The notes below the pieces were generated by a model. The model made no database searches, had not been told where the DNA came from, and was given only the letters and a program-made list of their open reading frames with translations. Shown here piece by piece: positions 42,879-52,753 of a DNA stretch of 64,000 nucleotides. How positions within the stretch are numbered: the first letter of the stretch is position 1; the number at the start of each line of letters is the position of its first letter. Both the position numbers and the translations under genes were made by a program. The DNA comes from Octopus sinensis. Its lineage: Eukaryota. Location: positions 41,168,001-41,232,000 of the forward strand of contig NC_043001.1 of assembly GCF_006345805.1 (NCBI RefSeq), read 5' to 3'.

Positions 42879-45800
42879 TCATATGCAATATATATTGCCC
42901 ACCGGATGTTCCAAACCACATAGGTAAGTTTGAAGATTGCCTCACAAGAATTACAGAAATCCTCATGAATCTGGAACACCACGTGACCATATTTCTTATG
43001 GGTGATTTCAACTTCCCCAACATCAATTGGCCCGAAGGTCTCATACTCTCAGGAATGACTCATTGCAAACAAGCACAGATGGAGTCCCTGCTCAACCTCA
43101 CCAATGCCTTATTCATGGAGCAAGTTGTACTCAAACCAACTAGGGCGAATAACATTCTGGATCTCTGCTTCACGAACAATATGGACATCATTCATGATGT
43201 GAAAGTGACACCGACATTAGTCTCGGATCACAACATAATAGAGCTGTCTATGCTTGGGCCGAAAGTAACCAGAGACATACAGCCTAAAGGAAGTGCCCGA
43301 AATCTCTCCAATCTGAACTTCCACAAAGCAGATTGGAAATCAATCCAAAAAGAGATCCTCTGAGAGGACTGGCCGAAATTTTTCTCCACATCAAACATTG
43401 ACATGAAACTAGAATGTTTCATGTCTTCTGTGCAAGCCATATGCCAGAAATATGTCCCGGAGCACAAGGCCAAAACAAATAGGAGCAAGATTCCAAGAGA
43501 TAGGAAGATCCTCATGAGACGACGGATGAAATTTGTAAATCGACTCAACCAACATCCCAAAAGCAGCAAAACGTTCCACCTAAAAACAACACTGATAGAG
43601 ATCGAAAAAAGGCTGCAACAAACCTATGTGAAGGAGAAAGCAGACAAAGAAGCCTGAGTTATAAAAAATATTAAATCAAACCCAAAGGCCTTCTTTCATT
43701 ACGCGAAAGAAACAGTCTCAGTGCACTACAAGATAGGACCCCTCCACCAAAAGGATGGCTCCCTCACAAACAGTCCAACTAAGGTCAGTGAGATACTGAA
43801 TGACCAGTTCAAAAGTGTCTTTACCACCCCGTTGGAACACGGACAAGTGAACAAACCAGTGGACTTCTTTGCCGCCTCACCTATAACCAGCGAGGCAGTT
43901 ACAATAGAATACATTGACATTAGTGAAGAAGATGTACTACTAGCCATAGATGAAGTGGACACAAACTCAACTGCTGGTCCTGATGGTTTCCCAGCAATCC
44001 TCCTCAAATCGTGTAAACATGCCCTGGCAAAACCCCTCAAGATTCTCTTCCAGAGCTTTCTTACAAATGGCAAACTGCCAAGCAAGCTGAAGGAGGGAAT
44101 AATATGCCCAATACATAAAGGGGGAAGTAAAGCAGATGCCAAAAACTATAGGCCTATCTCTCTGATTTCACACATCAGCAAAGTCATGGAACGGATAGTC
44201 AGAGGGAAACTAATCGTATTCCTTGAGGAAAATAACTTGCTAAGTGATACCCAACATGGTTTTCGACCAGGTAGGAGCTGCCTGACCCAGCTCTTACAAC
44301 ATTATGACTGGGTGTTGAGGCAGTTGCTCAACAAATCAAATGTTGATGTAATATACCTTGACTTTGCAAAAGCTTTTGACAAGGTGGATCATGGTATGAT
44401 ATGCCACAAACTGCGTGACCTCGGCATAGCTGGAAAACTTGGAGTGTGGTTACATGACTTCCTGAAAGATAGGTGTCAGGCAGTAGTGATTAATGGAGCC
44501 ACCTCTATGAACACACAAATAGTGAGTGGTGTTCCACAGGGCACTGTCTAGAGACCACTGCTTTTAATAGTGGCCCTCTCAGATATGCTCTCAAATGCCC
44601 GGATAGCCACTCTGACAAGTTATGCAGATGATACGAAAGTCTCACAGAATATATAGATCCCCAGCGATGTTGCAAACCTGCAGCAGGAGTTAGACTCAAT
44701 TTACAGATGGGCTGAGGATAATAATATGCAGTTTAATGCTGAAAAATTCCAGGCCCTGTGCTACCAGCATCCAAAACTGAATATTAAACCTACAGGGTAC
44801 AATAAACACCTGTCAAACTCCTAACAATAATTTAATTGAAATCATTTCCCCTCCCAAAATGTGTGGTCTATTTATATTAGAAATCATAGTTCATGGTTGT
44901 AAGATTTAGCTACTGGTTTAGTGACTTATTAGGGGCACATAAATTTACTTTAATAGATAAAGCAATTAAGGATATGGGGAAAGCTTCCAGCCCATCAGGA
45001 TTCACCACCGAGATGCTTAAGATATCTGACAGAGTGGGATATGGCATAGTCATCATATAGTTAACCAAGTTGTCCACAAGGGAGTCATACCCAATGATTG
45101 GTGTAGTAGTATTATAGTCAACTGCTACAAAGATAAAGGTGATGCTTTAAACAGCTATAATTATGGAGATAACAAGTAGCTGGACCAGGCCATAAAAGTC
45201 ATAGAAAAGGCCATGGTTCAACTAATTAGGAAGAGAACCTAAATGAGATGCAGTTTGATTTTGTGCCTAGAAGCACCACTGATGCTATTTTTAAGGCAAC
45301 TACAGGAGAAGTATTTAGCCAAAATTAAACCTCTGTAGGTGGCTTTTGTCAACATGGAGAAAACTTTTGATAGGGTCCTTCTCTCCCTTATCTGGTAGTC
45401 AATGGAGAAGCTAAGGATGATTGGTTGGTGAAAACTGTACAAGCTATGTGTACAGAGTAATGATTATAGCAATGAATTTAATGTGCAGGCAGGAGTTCAC
45501 CAAGGTGCAGTTCTCATACCCGTCTAGTTTATCACAGTCTTCCAGGCCATACAAAAAGAATTTAAGACTGTCCCTCCTTAAGAACTCCCCTACACTGATG
45601 ACCTTGTACTTGTAGCTGAATCACTGCTAGAACTAGAGAAGAAATTTCAGGTGTGGAAACAATGCCTGGAATCAACAGACAAAAGTCCTAGTAAGTAGGA
45701 AAACAGATAAATTACTAATACATTCAAGGAAATGGCTCTGCTTGAAATGTAGAAAAGGTGTTGGTAGAAATTCCATACAATGTACCCAGTGAAAGCTATG

Positions 45801-48664
45801 GACACAAGAAGTGCAGTTGTATCACAGGAAGGTTAACATAGAAAGTAGTCTTTGTGTATGACAGATGTGCAAGTACAATAAACACTACAAATGTATAGAA
45901 AATAGACTTCCTCAAGTGCCTGGGAGAATCCTTAGATGTAGTAGACAGCTTCTGTTACCTAGGTAACTGAGTTAGCAGTGGAAGAAGATGCTCTGAACAT
46001 GGTTGCAAGAATAAGAAAAATCTGGCTGAAGTTCAGAGAGCTACTACTGTTGTTGGTGTTGAAGGGCTCCATCCTCAACGTGAAGAGCAGAATGTATGGT
46101 GCCTGTGTACATACAGCTTATGCTACATTGCAGTGAAACATGGCCTGTGACTACAGGGAGCATGTGAAGGCTTGAAAGAAACTAAGCTTAGGCAATGTCA
46201 GTGTGCATGTACAACAGACTGTAAATGATCTAAGAGAAAAATTGGGTACAAGAGGCATCAGATGTAGTGAGAGATATCTTACTGATATAATCATATGAAT
46301 TATGACAGCTGCATAAAAAGTGTTAATCTCTAATTGTGGAGGAAATCTGTGGAAGAGATTGACTCAGGAAGATGTGGGACAAAGCAGTGAAACATGATCT
46401 TCAGATATTGAGCTTCATAAAAGAGATGACAAGGGACTGAGATCTATGGCAATTTACTGTGCTTGAGAAGACATGTCAAACTAAGTAAGATCATAATCAT
46501 CCACACATACAGGCATGTCCTTTATGACCACACACACATACACACAATCTGTCCTGTCAAAACACACCTACAATCCATCTTCCCATCCCACTACCCATGA
46601 TCCCTACTCATTTCAAGCCTCACCACTCTCTCATTCATGCCTATTTGCACTTTCTTCATGCCTTAACATATTTACCATAACCTCTCTCTTTCAGTCACTT
46701 TATTTTCTCTCACCATCACTTGCTACAGCAATGACTTTTCCATCTCTAAACATCACCCCTCACACTCTTAAGGAACATCCCTCCTCTATCCCCTCTGTAC
46801 TACTTATACTCCCCCACAGTTCTCTATAGATAGTCCCCAATACTTCTCCAACACAATCTATTTCTTTCTCACACTTTAACTATTTCTCTATCTTCTCTCT
46901 TCCTCTCTTTCCATGTCCTACTGTGGTAGCTAAGTACCTCCTCAATAGCAAGACAACTATCTGTCTCTCTTTTTTTTATTCTAACCTCTCACCTGGCTCA
47001 CAGCCACATCCCTCAGTTCCACTCCCTCTCTCAGCTGAAGGGGTTTTGTCTTGCAAGCTACATGGTGACCCTGCTGGTGCCACATAAAATGTATTGTGCA
47101 GGTGCACATAAAAAGCACCCGGTACACTCTATAAAGTGGTTGGCATTAGTAAGTGCATCAAGCTGTAGAAACCATACAAAACTGACAAATGAAGCCTAGT
47201 GCAACTCTCTAGCTTGCCAGCCAGCTCCTGTTGAACTGTTCAACCCATGCCAGCCAGCTCCTGTTGAACTGTCCAATACATACCAGCATAGAAAATAGAC
47301 ATTAAAATTTCTTGAGTATAATTGAGCAACACCTGATGTAACAAATGCAGCTGATGTTGGAGAATAAATGAATGATGGTATGAAAGATATACTACAAAAA
47401 TGCTGAGAAAAAAAATTGACATAAGAGAAATCAGATATAGAGTACAAAACAAAAAAAAGAAAAAGAAAAGAAGATTGTGTTGGTATGGAAGTGTAAATTA
47501 TATGGATCTGGACTGCTGTATAAAAAAGTGCTGACCACTAAATGTGGATGGAACTAGTGGAAGAAGACTCTGGAAGACATGAAATGAAGGCTGATCTCAG
47601 GACTTTGAACATCATGAAAGAGATGACTGGCAATACAGTTTTCAAGACCCATCCACCTTGGGGAAACTGATGCAGCATTATTTTTAATGACTGCACACTT
47701 GATGATAATATTCAAAAATCACCTCAGACAGTCCTGTGTGTTTTAGAGGCCTTAGAAACTGAGTCTTTCTAAACTATCAGCTCAATCTCCATACCAATGT
47801 CACTGTCTACGAAGCAGTCTGTGTTTCCAACCTCTTGTATGGGAACAAGGCATGGCCCACACATTAAGACCCTAGAGGCCTTTAACATCCCATGTCTCCA
47901 GAATTTTTTTTTTCAGACATCTGAAGAGATAAGATTACACACATAGGAATCTTCCACTGAACCACAGTAGCAGCATTAAAACTATTTAAATGGCTGAGAA
48001 ATATAAAGTGCATGCTTGACTTGCATCTCTGCCATAGGATTGTTTATGAGCAGTTCTACAATAGCCAAGCTTGATTGAAAAAAACGAACAAGTAGTTAAA
48101 AGACCAGCTGAAAACTGCTTTGAATAGGAGTAACATCAACCTTTTAAAAGTGGAATATATCTTTGTCCACAACTTAGTCTAGCTTCTAACTGTTGTAAAT
48201 ATAGAGAAGACAGCACTCTCAGAAGAGAGAAAATGGGTATATATGCAATTACACAAGGGCCATCCAACCAAAAATTTACATGTCCACATGTGGCTAAAAC
48301 AGTGTATCAAGAATTGGTATGCTGTCATTTAAGGATCCACAAATGAAGAAGAGGGACATCACTGGATTCAATGGAAACTATAAACAAGCAACTCTAAGCA
48401 TAATTCTGCTGATTTGCATCTATCTACATTAGAAGAGCCATCTCATTTTATAAGGACACACTCACGATAAATATGATTATTCAAGCTGTTAGCATTATGA
48501 GCATTAAAATTAAATATTAAATTTTAAATGTTTACCTTTCCCTTTTGTAAGGTAGCACTTTCTTTTCTTCCTTCTTCATCACTATCAGAATCTCTTAGTA
48601 TTGAGCTTCTGAGTTGTGAAAATCGGAAAATATCTTTATTTTTGTATATATTATTTAGCTCCAT
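1956..48664 (-). CDS. Spliced CDS (3' incomplete, continues past position 1) of a HELZ/HELZ2-like RNA helicase with multiple CCCH zinc fingers; 9 coding exons, 3248 nt, about 1082 aa in window
   Basis: Nine exons join in one open frame with matching phases (0,1,1,1,2,0,0,2,2) and canonical AG acceptors. The translation has four CCCH fingers and the HELZ-family motifs [25 protein letters not shown] and [21 protein letters not shown]. The helicase core is not in the window. Confidence 0.8.
2750..4050 (-). mobile_element. Heavily decayed APE-type LINE (CR1/L2/Jockey-like)
   Basis: Minus strand near 3720-3745 reads ILGNFNAH, the APE endonuclease GDFNAH motif; the rest is too degraded to translate continuously. 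Confidence 0.4.
4086..4552 (-). CDS. HELZ-like gene exon 9
   Basis: Acceptor ttttcttattcag|AAG at 4552, donor AG|gtaag at 4086; peptide [10 protein letters not shown]...VSVIFDFG...[25 protein letters not shown] matches the HELZ-type NY..x.H.LLY.EE motif. Confidence 0.9.
5800..5876 (+). repeat. Terminus of a Helitron-like interspersed repeat (GC-rich subterminal motif followed by CTAG|T)
   Basis: ...ccgcgtagagcgggtcaccttaagCTAGt; a near-identical reverse-complement copy lies at 50172-50246. Confidence 0.4.
5940..6760 (+). mobile_element. Decayed RTE-clade LINE RT fragment
   Basis: Remnants of [34 protein letters not shown]; homologous to the copies at 38841 and 44960. Confidence 0.75.
6840..6938 (-). 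CDS. HELZ-like gene exon 8 (99 nt, probable GC donor)
   Basis: Acceptor tactttacag|TTA at 6938; peptide [33 protein letters not shown]; phase-0 donor ATG|gcaagt at 6840. Confidence 0.7.
8280..9250 (+). mobile_element. Very old R4/Dong-like non-LTR retrotransposon RT relic (probably extends to about 7000)
   Basis: Motif remnants KWKS..ID...F (about 8355), [15 protein letters not shown] (8595), [12 protein letters not shown] (8761) and FLVMDD (about 8892) correspond to WIDYKKAFDSIPHDWL, GIFQGDSLSPLWF and LLYMDD. Confidence 0.65.
11369..11492 (-). CDS. HELZ-like gene exon 7 (not in the ORF track)
   Basis: Acceptor ttttaacttgtag|T, donor CCA|gtaagt; 124 nt bridges phase 2 to phase 0; peptide [41 protein letters not shown]. 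Confidence 0.8.
11640..12720 (+). mobile_element. Two decayed Penelope-like element fragments (GIY-YIG region)
   Basis: Remnants [11 protein letters not shown]...[30 protein letters not shown], and VYKVDV...[16 protein letters not shown]. Confidence 0.65.
13116..13329 (-). CDS. HELZ-like gene exon 6
   Basis: Acceptor atattttcag|TA (phase 1), donor GA|gtgagt (phase 2); low-complexity linker [13 protein letters not shown]...ENPKLSN. Confidence 0.8.
15700..15840 (-). mobile_element. Decayed 5' part of a tRNA-derived SINE (same family as 22478)
   Basis: Reverse complement resembles the head of the SINE at 22478-22640. Confidence 0.6.
16724..17938 (-). CDS. HELZ-like gene exon 5 encoding three CxxC+CCCH modules
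   Basis: Acceptor ttttcatgttatag|GT, donor G|gtatgt; fingers [37 protein letters not shown] and [21 protein letters not shown], each followed by xxxExxxW. Confidence 0.92.
18541..18781 (+). mobile_element. Mariner-derived MITE (internally deleted element) with TA target duplication
   Basis: TIR TTGGGTTGGTGCATAATTATTG(C/T)xGC at both ends, flanked by TA; internal remnant [17 protein letters not shown] of the transposase C-terminus. Confidence 0.9.
19480..20760 (+). mobile_element. Penelope-like element 3' fragment: GIY-YIG endonuclease plus pseudo-LTR with a degenerate hammerhead (20627-20662)
   Basis: ORF 19434-20546 contains CCTCPY...[22 protein letters not shown]...FTEHLRDI; downstream GAAGAGCGTAGGCTTGAAACGTA. 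Confidence 0.85.
20930..21130 (-). mobile_element. Inverted copy of the same Penelope pseudo-LTR
   Basis: Reverse complement aligns with 20550-20750 (ctgtctggcatt...taggctcgaaacgt...ctaatacattt...gtcttcatctt). Confidence 0.8.
21420..21735 (-). mobile_element. RTE LINE fragment (linker between endonuclease and RT)
   Basis: [23 protein letters not shown]...[22 protein letters not shown]...W*WNNVVD. Confidence 0.75.
22478..22885 (+). mobile_element. Full-length tRNA-derived SINE (octopus OK/OR-like)
   Basis: tRNA-like head GGCGCAGGAGTGGCTGTGTGG...GGTTCAGTCCC, central (TA)/(TG) tract, tail CCAGCATGGCCGCAGTCAAATGACTGAAAC followed by (TAAAAGAG)2. Confidence 0.85.
23111..23626 (-). CDS. HELZ-like gene exon 4 encoding the first CxxC+CCCH module
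   Basis: Acceptor gaatatttatag|GC; open from the acceptor onward; LACETCF...[27 protein letters not shown]; donor G|gtatgt. Confidence 0.9.
24221..24268 (-). ncRNA. Minimal type I hammerhead ribozyme (Penelope-type), intact core
   Basis: Minus strand: ATCT CTGATGA TGGGATAT CTTTT ATATACCT GAAA CAGCTG T A AGAC; palindromic stem III ACAGCTGT; GUA triplet. Confidence 0.75.
24463..25006. mobile_element. Non-autonomous DNA transposon (MITE) with imperfect TIRs and an 8-bp TSD
   Basis: TIR G(A/G)(C/A)AAGACTTCCGCC; direct repeat CACATCTC at 24455-24462 and 25007-25014; internal (TTAGGG)-like tract at about 24805-24832. Confidence 0.75.
25608..25667 (+). ncRNA. Type I hammerhead ribozyme in a Penelope-like terminal region, intact core
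   Basis: TTATCA CTGACGA AGGG AG GGTTC TTAC GAACT AA CCCT GAAA TCGGTCCGA T A TGGTAA: 6-bp stem I, two-part stem II, near-palindromic stem III. A PLE remnant ([26 protein letters not shown]) lies at about 25395-25470. Confidence 0.85.
25849..28994 (+). mobile_element. Near full-length RTE-clade LINE (APE endonuclease plus RT), inactivated by many stops and frameshifts
   Basis: LDICTYNC (APE start), [58 protein letters not shown]; 3' end (CAAGGTGAT)2. Confidence 0.92.
29181..29621. repeat. About 440-bp foldback element with roughly 170-bp inverted arms (tail-to-tail Penelope-type terminal repeats)
   Basis: AATTAACAAAATGAGATAAAAAATCCAAGGCTGTGAATAGTTTTCAGAATGTTTATAAAGAG is mirrored at 29560-29621. 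Confidence 0.9.
29512..29559 (+). ncRNA. Minimal type I hammerhead ribozyme, intact core
   Basis: GTCT CTGATGA A GGGATAT ATAAA ATATCCC G GAAA CAGCTG T A AGAC; predicted cleavage after 29555 (GUA). Confidence 0.85.
31989..32016 (-). CDS. HELZ-like gene exon 3, a 28-nt microexon ([10 protein letters not shown])
   Basis: Strong acceptor ttttttttcatttcag|AAA and donor G|gtgaga; it is the only candidate I found that bridges phase 0 (48536) to phase 1 (23626). Confidence 0.7.
32205..33142 (+). mobile_element. 5'-truncated CR1-like LINE (RT C-terminus plus 3' UTR, (ATT)n tail)
   Basis: ORF 32253-32969 QSDLD...[17 protein letters not shown]...[10 protein letters not shown]...HLEFTSPVW...RGH...[14 protein letters not shown]. 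Confidence 0.92.
33833..33867 (+). ncRNA. Degenerate minimal hammerhead (core CUGA mutated to CCAA) in a Penelope-type repeat
   Basis: GTTT CCAACGA A GAGC TCT GCTC GAAA CG T T AAAC: stems I, II and III pair but the catalytic core is altered. Confidence 0.55.
34051..34217. repeat. 167-bp hairpin/foldback repeat with roughly 65-bp arms
   Basis: TGTAAATATAATATGTGACAATTATT... is mirrored by ...AATAATTGTCACATATTATATTTACA. Confidence 0.85.
35012..35668 (+). mobile_element. Second, shorter copy of the CR1-like 3' fragment at 32205
   Basis: High nucleotide similarity to 32403-33130, with internal stops. Confidence 0.9.
36270..38550 (-). mobile_element. 5'-truncated CR1-like LINE with an intact 642-aa RT-containing ORF (36350-38278) and complete 3' tail
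   Basis: [75 protein letters not shown]; tail CCCCAGCATGGCCACAGCTCGTGAGCTGAAACTAG(AATC)n; one frameshift near 38275. Confidence 0.95.
38841..40210 (+). mobile_element. 5'-truncated RTE LINE (Cys-rich insert, RT C-terminus, 3' UTR with (GAT)n tail)
   Basis: [17 protein letters not shown]...[21 protein letters not shown]; [10 protein letters not shown]; GRGRPRKTW; tail ...GGACATTAAACGATGATGATG. Confidence 0.9.
40292..42201 (+). mobile_element. Penelope-like element RT plus GIY-YIG endonuclease, 5'-truncated and disrupted
   Basis: [78 protein letters not shown]. Confidence 0.93.
42631..42780 (-). mobile_element. RTE-tail short element with (GAT)n end
   Basis: Reverse complement of 50410-50557 and of the 3' UTR at 40060-40205. 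Confidence 0.85.
42877..44800 (+). mobile_element. CR1-like LINE (endonuclease C-terminus plus RT) related to the copy at 36270; premature stops, 3' truncated
   Basis: [52 protein letters not shown]; stops at about 43363, 43657 and 44551. Confidence 0.93.
44960..46490 (+). mobile_element. Decayed RTE LINE RT region
   Basis: [45 protein letters not shown], decayed GSETW motif. Confidence 0.8.
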
Positions 48665-48686
48665 GATGTTGATTCTGCTTCCAATC
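48536..48686 (-). CDS. HELZ-like gene exon 2 with the start codon (ATG at 48664; 22 nt of 5' UTR)
   Basis: Acceptor ttgttttcactcttcag|G; Kozak-like atcATGG; [43 protein letters not shown]; donor AAG|gtaaac. Confidence 0.7.
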
Positions 48687-49453
48687 CTGAAGAGTGAAAA
48701 CAAATTAGTTTATTTTAAAATAATATACAATTCTTTCTACTATAGGTGCAAGGCCTAAAATTTTAATGGAGGAAACTAATCAATTACACTTCCAGTACAT
48801 ACATATCATCATGGGTACATACACCCACATACACGCGTACATATACGTCTAGATGATATGTATGTACTGGAAGTCCATTTAATTCAAGGAACCAGATTAA
48901 ACTCTCATCAGCTCTGATTTACGACGAAACCGTTAATTTACTGACAGTTCTACAACTAAGTTTTATCAATCTCCTGACCACCATGCTGGGTCCGCGACCT
49001 CTATACATCCCTTATCTTTACATTCTTTTACACTTTTATCATGTTTTTATCAGGTTCTTTTACTTCTTTTACTATTATTTCCATTTCTATTTTTACTTTA
49101 CAACATTATGCCTTTACATTTATTTATATTTCTTTATATTTCTTTATACCCCCTTTACATCTCCTTACAACTCTTTATATCTTTATCCTCTACATTTTTA
49201 TATTATTTTATATTATTTTATATTTTTTATCCCTCGTCCCGAACTCTCGCCCCTCCATCTTCACCTCTATATACGTATTTATTTATTTACATTACCTCAA
49301 CATCCAAGTTTCCTCATTCTACATTGAGAGAAGAAAGAGATGGACGATTCAATTCGATGCTGCTGCCGCATTATGTCGTACGGGAACGAGAAGATTTGCA
49401 TCCCCAACCAAGAATTTCGGAAGTAACACATGTCCTTGTGGAAGCTGTTGTGC

Positions 49454-49531
49454 GCGGCTGAAGAAGGCCACAGACATACATTATGATTTGTTATGAATCT
49501 GTCTAATAAAGGCCCGAAACATATGTACCGC
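49454..49531 (+). ncRNA. Type I hammerhead ribozyme with an extended stem II, intact core
   Basis: GCGG CTGAAGA A GGCC [41-nt insert containing an AGACA/TGTCT helix] GGCC C GAAA CATATG T A CCGC; palindromic stem III ACATATGT; predicted cleavage after 49527. Confidence 0.8.
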
Positions 49532-49576
49532 TGAATCCTTCGCCTCATGTTTTTATTTTTATTTTTATTTTGATCA

Positions 49577-49612
<36 letters not shown>

Positions 49613-50020
49613 TCATGTAAATTTGAATTTAAAATACTAAGGTTGAAAGATTGAATATTAATTTGATTAATATGAATTGAAAACCAGTGGTGTAGCATAT
49701 AAGACCATAGCGGATGTCCACTCTTAATGGTTCAACCCTGTCATATAATAGTTTCACTTTAATAGTTTGAGTATTAAACTGAAAGCATCTGACATTACAA
49801 TAGAGAGATGTTTTCTTTCACTTTGAACACGTAATACTGAAATAGTAGAGAAATGATATTGTTGTGGGCTCGCCCTAGGCAAGAAGCTAAATTTTTTTTC
49901 TGCCCATGACACTACATGGACCCTAAGTAAGGCGTGTGTAAAATTTGAATGAAATTTGTTGTGTAATTCTCAAGTTTTTGGGATTCACATAGACAGACAT
50001 TCTCAGTTTTATATATATAT

Positions 50021-50095
<75 letters not shown>

Positions 50096-50246
50096 GTGTG
50101 CATATATATATATATTATATATATATATATATATGTGTGTATATATATATGCTTATATGTCTGTATATATATATATATATACTAGCTTAAGGTGACTCGC
50201 TCTACGCGCGGGTAAGAGTGTGGTTGCTACTTTCTGTTGCTTCCTT

Positions 50247-50557
50247 TCAGCACGTAAAAAGCACCATCCGAACGTGGCCGATGGCAGCGCCACCTTGACT
50301 GGCTTCTGTGCCGGTGGCACGTAAAAAGCACCAACCGATCGTGGCCGCCGACATCCCCCCTGGCACCTGTGCCGGCAGCATGAAAAAAGCACCCACTACA
50401 CTCACAGAGTGGTTGGCGTTAGGAAGGGCATCCAGCTGTAGAAACACTGCCAGATCAGACTGGAGCCTGGTGCAGCCTCCTGGCTTCCCAGACCCCGGTC
50501 AAACTGTCCAACCCGTGCTAGCACAGAAAACGGACGTTAAACGATGATGATGATGAT
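50247..50557 (+). mobile_element. RTE-tail short element/SINE inserted into a Helitron-like repeat
   Basis: Repeated GCACGTAAAAAGCACC units, then a tail shared with 40010-40205, ending in (GAT)n. Confidence 0.85.
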
Positions 50558-52285
50558 TCTCCCTCTTTGTTTCTCTCTCTTTTCTCTCTCACTTTCCCAC
50601 TCTCTTACTTTTCTTTTCTCTCGGACTCTCCCTCGCTTTCTCTTACTCTCTATCTTTATCTATCTCTCTTCCATTTATAAACAACAAAAGATCTTGAGTA
50701 AGTTGAGAAAGAAAGTAGTTCAAAAGATCAATCATAAATATCAGGCAGTGACAACGGAAAGGTCTGCTTCAAGGCAGACAGCAAAACACTAACATTTAAA
50801 AGGGATAGGCGAACTTGCGAGCTGAATAAAAATAATAAAATATTGGAAACCAAAGTTTGAAGGGATAGAATCTGAGGATAGTAGAGTCACCATGACTGGC
50901 ATTTCTTAACGACGAACAGCAACGTATTGACAGTTTAACGGCTGGTGTAAAATTTTGAACTTGATGTAAAATAAAATTCCTAAACACCAAGTTTTGAAGT
51001 GATTCTTTCTCACGACAGTAGACTCACCATGGTAAGCATTCAAAACTCCTTCATCATGGACGGCAACACATTAACGATTAAAAGGCTGGTGCAAATTTTT
51101 TAGCTTCATGTAACAGAGAATTCCTAAACACCCACTTCTTTAAATTTTAATCCCCTTCCAGCCCCATTTCACATTTTGGTTAATATAACCTGATTTCATT
51201 CGGGTCTATTGGGGCCACATTTTATAAGATGAGGAATTTTGTCCTAAAGGTCACGCCTTTCATTTGAGGAAAAAATAGTTGTCATGCAAACTTGCCAGCA
51301 CTTTTAACATAGGTGTGCATATTTTCAGCTCAACCGACCACATAATGCACACATTATATATACATATATATATATATACACATATATATGTATATATGTG
51401 TGTGTGTGTGTGTGTACGCATTACATATACAAATGTATACAAATTATATATATATATATATGTATAAATTAAATTAGAGATAAAAACCACTAATAGGCAA
51501 ACCAAACAGTGAAAAACAAACCAAAACATAAAAATAAAAACATAATATACAAAATATATAAAATATAAAATTGAAAAATTTAAATTATTCAAATTTAAAA
51601 TTAAAATTATTAATTTATATTTATAATTTTAAAAAAATATATATATAACTATCAAAAAGTATTAAAAAGTTTAATATACATATTTATATATAGAACACAC
51701 ACACACATATATATAAATTAACCCAATAAATATCTGATTCATAATATTTGTTCTCATGATTGTGTGATCGTCATGGCGATGATAATTCTCTCTATGAATG
51801 CAGACAGACGTAGAGAGAGAGAGAGAGTGTGAAAGCGCTGTCGAAGGCGGTGAGGGGGAGATATAGAACGCTGTTTGACGACGTTATAAAGAGAAAGTGA
51901 AGGGGAGTTAGACGCTGTTAAACGACGTTATATATAGAAAGTGATGGGAAGGGAGGAAAGAGAGTGAGTGACAGAGGAAGACAGATACATAAAAGAATGA
52001 GAGTAGACTTGTCAAAATGCGTTTTTGGCCCTAGCAACGACACCTTTTAAGATAGGGATTTCTAACCTAGCCCACTGACATCCTCACCTCATTTTACATG
52101 TCCCTGTAAATTTTGGAGTCAATCCGACGGGATCTAGTGGCCTTTAACCCGTTCTCAATGCCAAAACCAGACAAACAAACAAACTTTTCGCATTTCAGAT
52201 TTATAATATAGAGAAGATATGTATACATAGCTGTATGTATATATTGATAGATGTATATATACATATACATACACTACACAGATGC

Positions 52286-52318
<33 letters not shown>

Positions 52319-52337
52319 CATACATACACTACACAGA

Positions 52338-52396
<59 letters not shown>

Positions 52397-52720
52397 GTAG
52401 ATGTATGTATATATATATATATATAAACTGACCACGTTTATTTGTTTATATATGATCGTCGATTTCCGTAAAAAACTTTTATTTTTTTACATATGGGGTT
52501 GGGGGGAAATGGGATCTTTTGAAATTATGAAAGCGAAAGAACCTAAGAGAGAGCGATTGTATGAGGAGGGAAGTTCTTTTGAAGTTACCGTGCATGGGAA
52601 GCATTGAGGTACATGTGTGTGTGTGTGTGTGTTTGATGGGGTGTGCGAGACAGAAAGTAGAGTGTGTAAGTGAAGTGCTTTTGTTAGTGTGTGTGAAGAG
52701 ACAGAGAGTAATGTTGCTGT

Positions 52721-52753
<33 letters not shown>

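Noticed and set aside
48528-48758. Plus-strand 76-aa ORF
   Set aside because: Antisense shadow of exon 2
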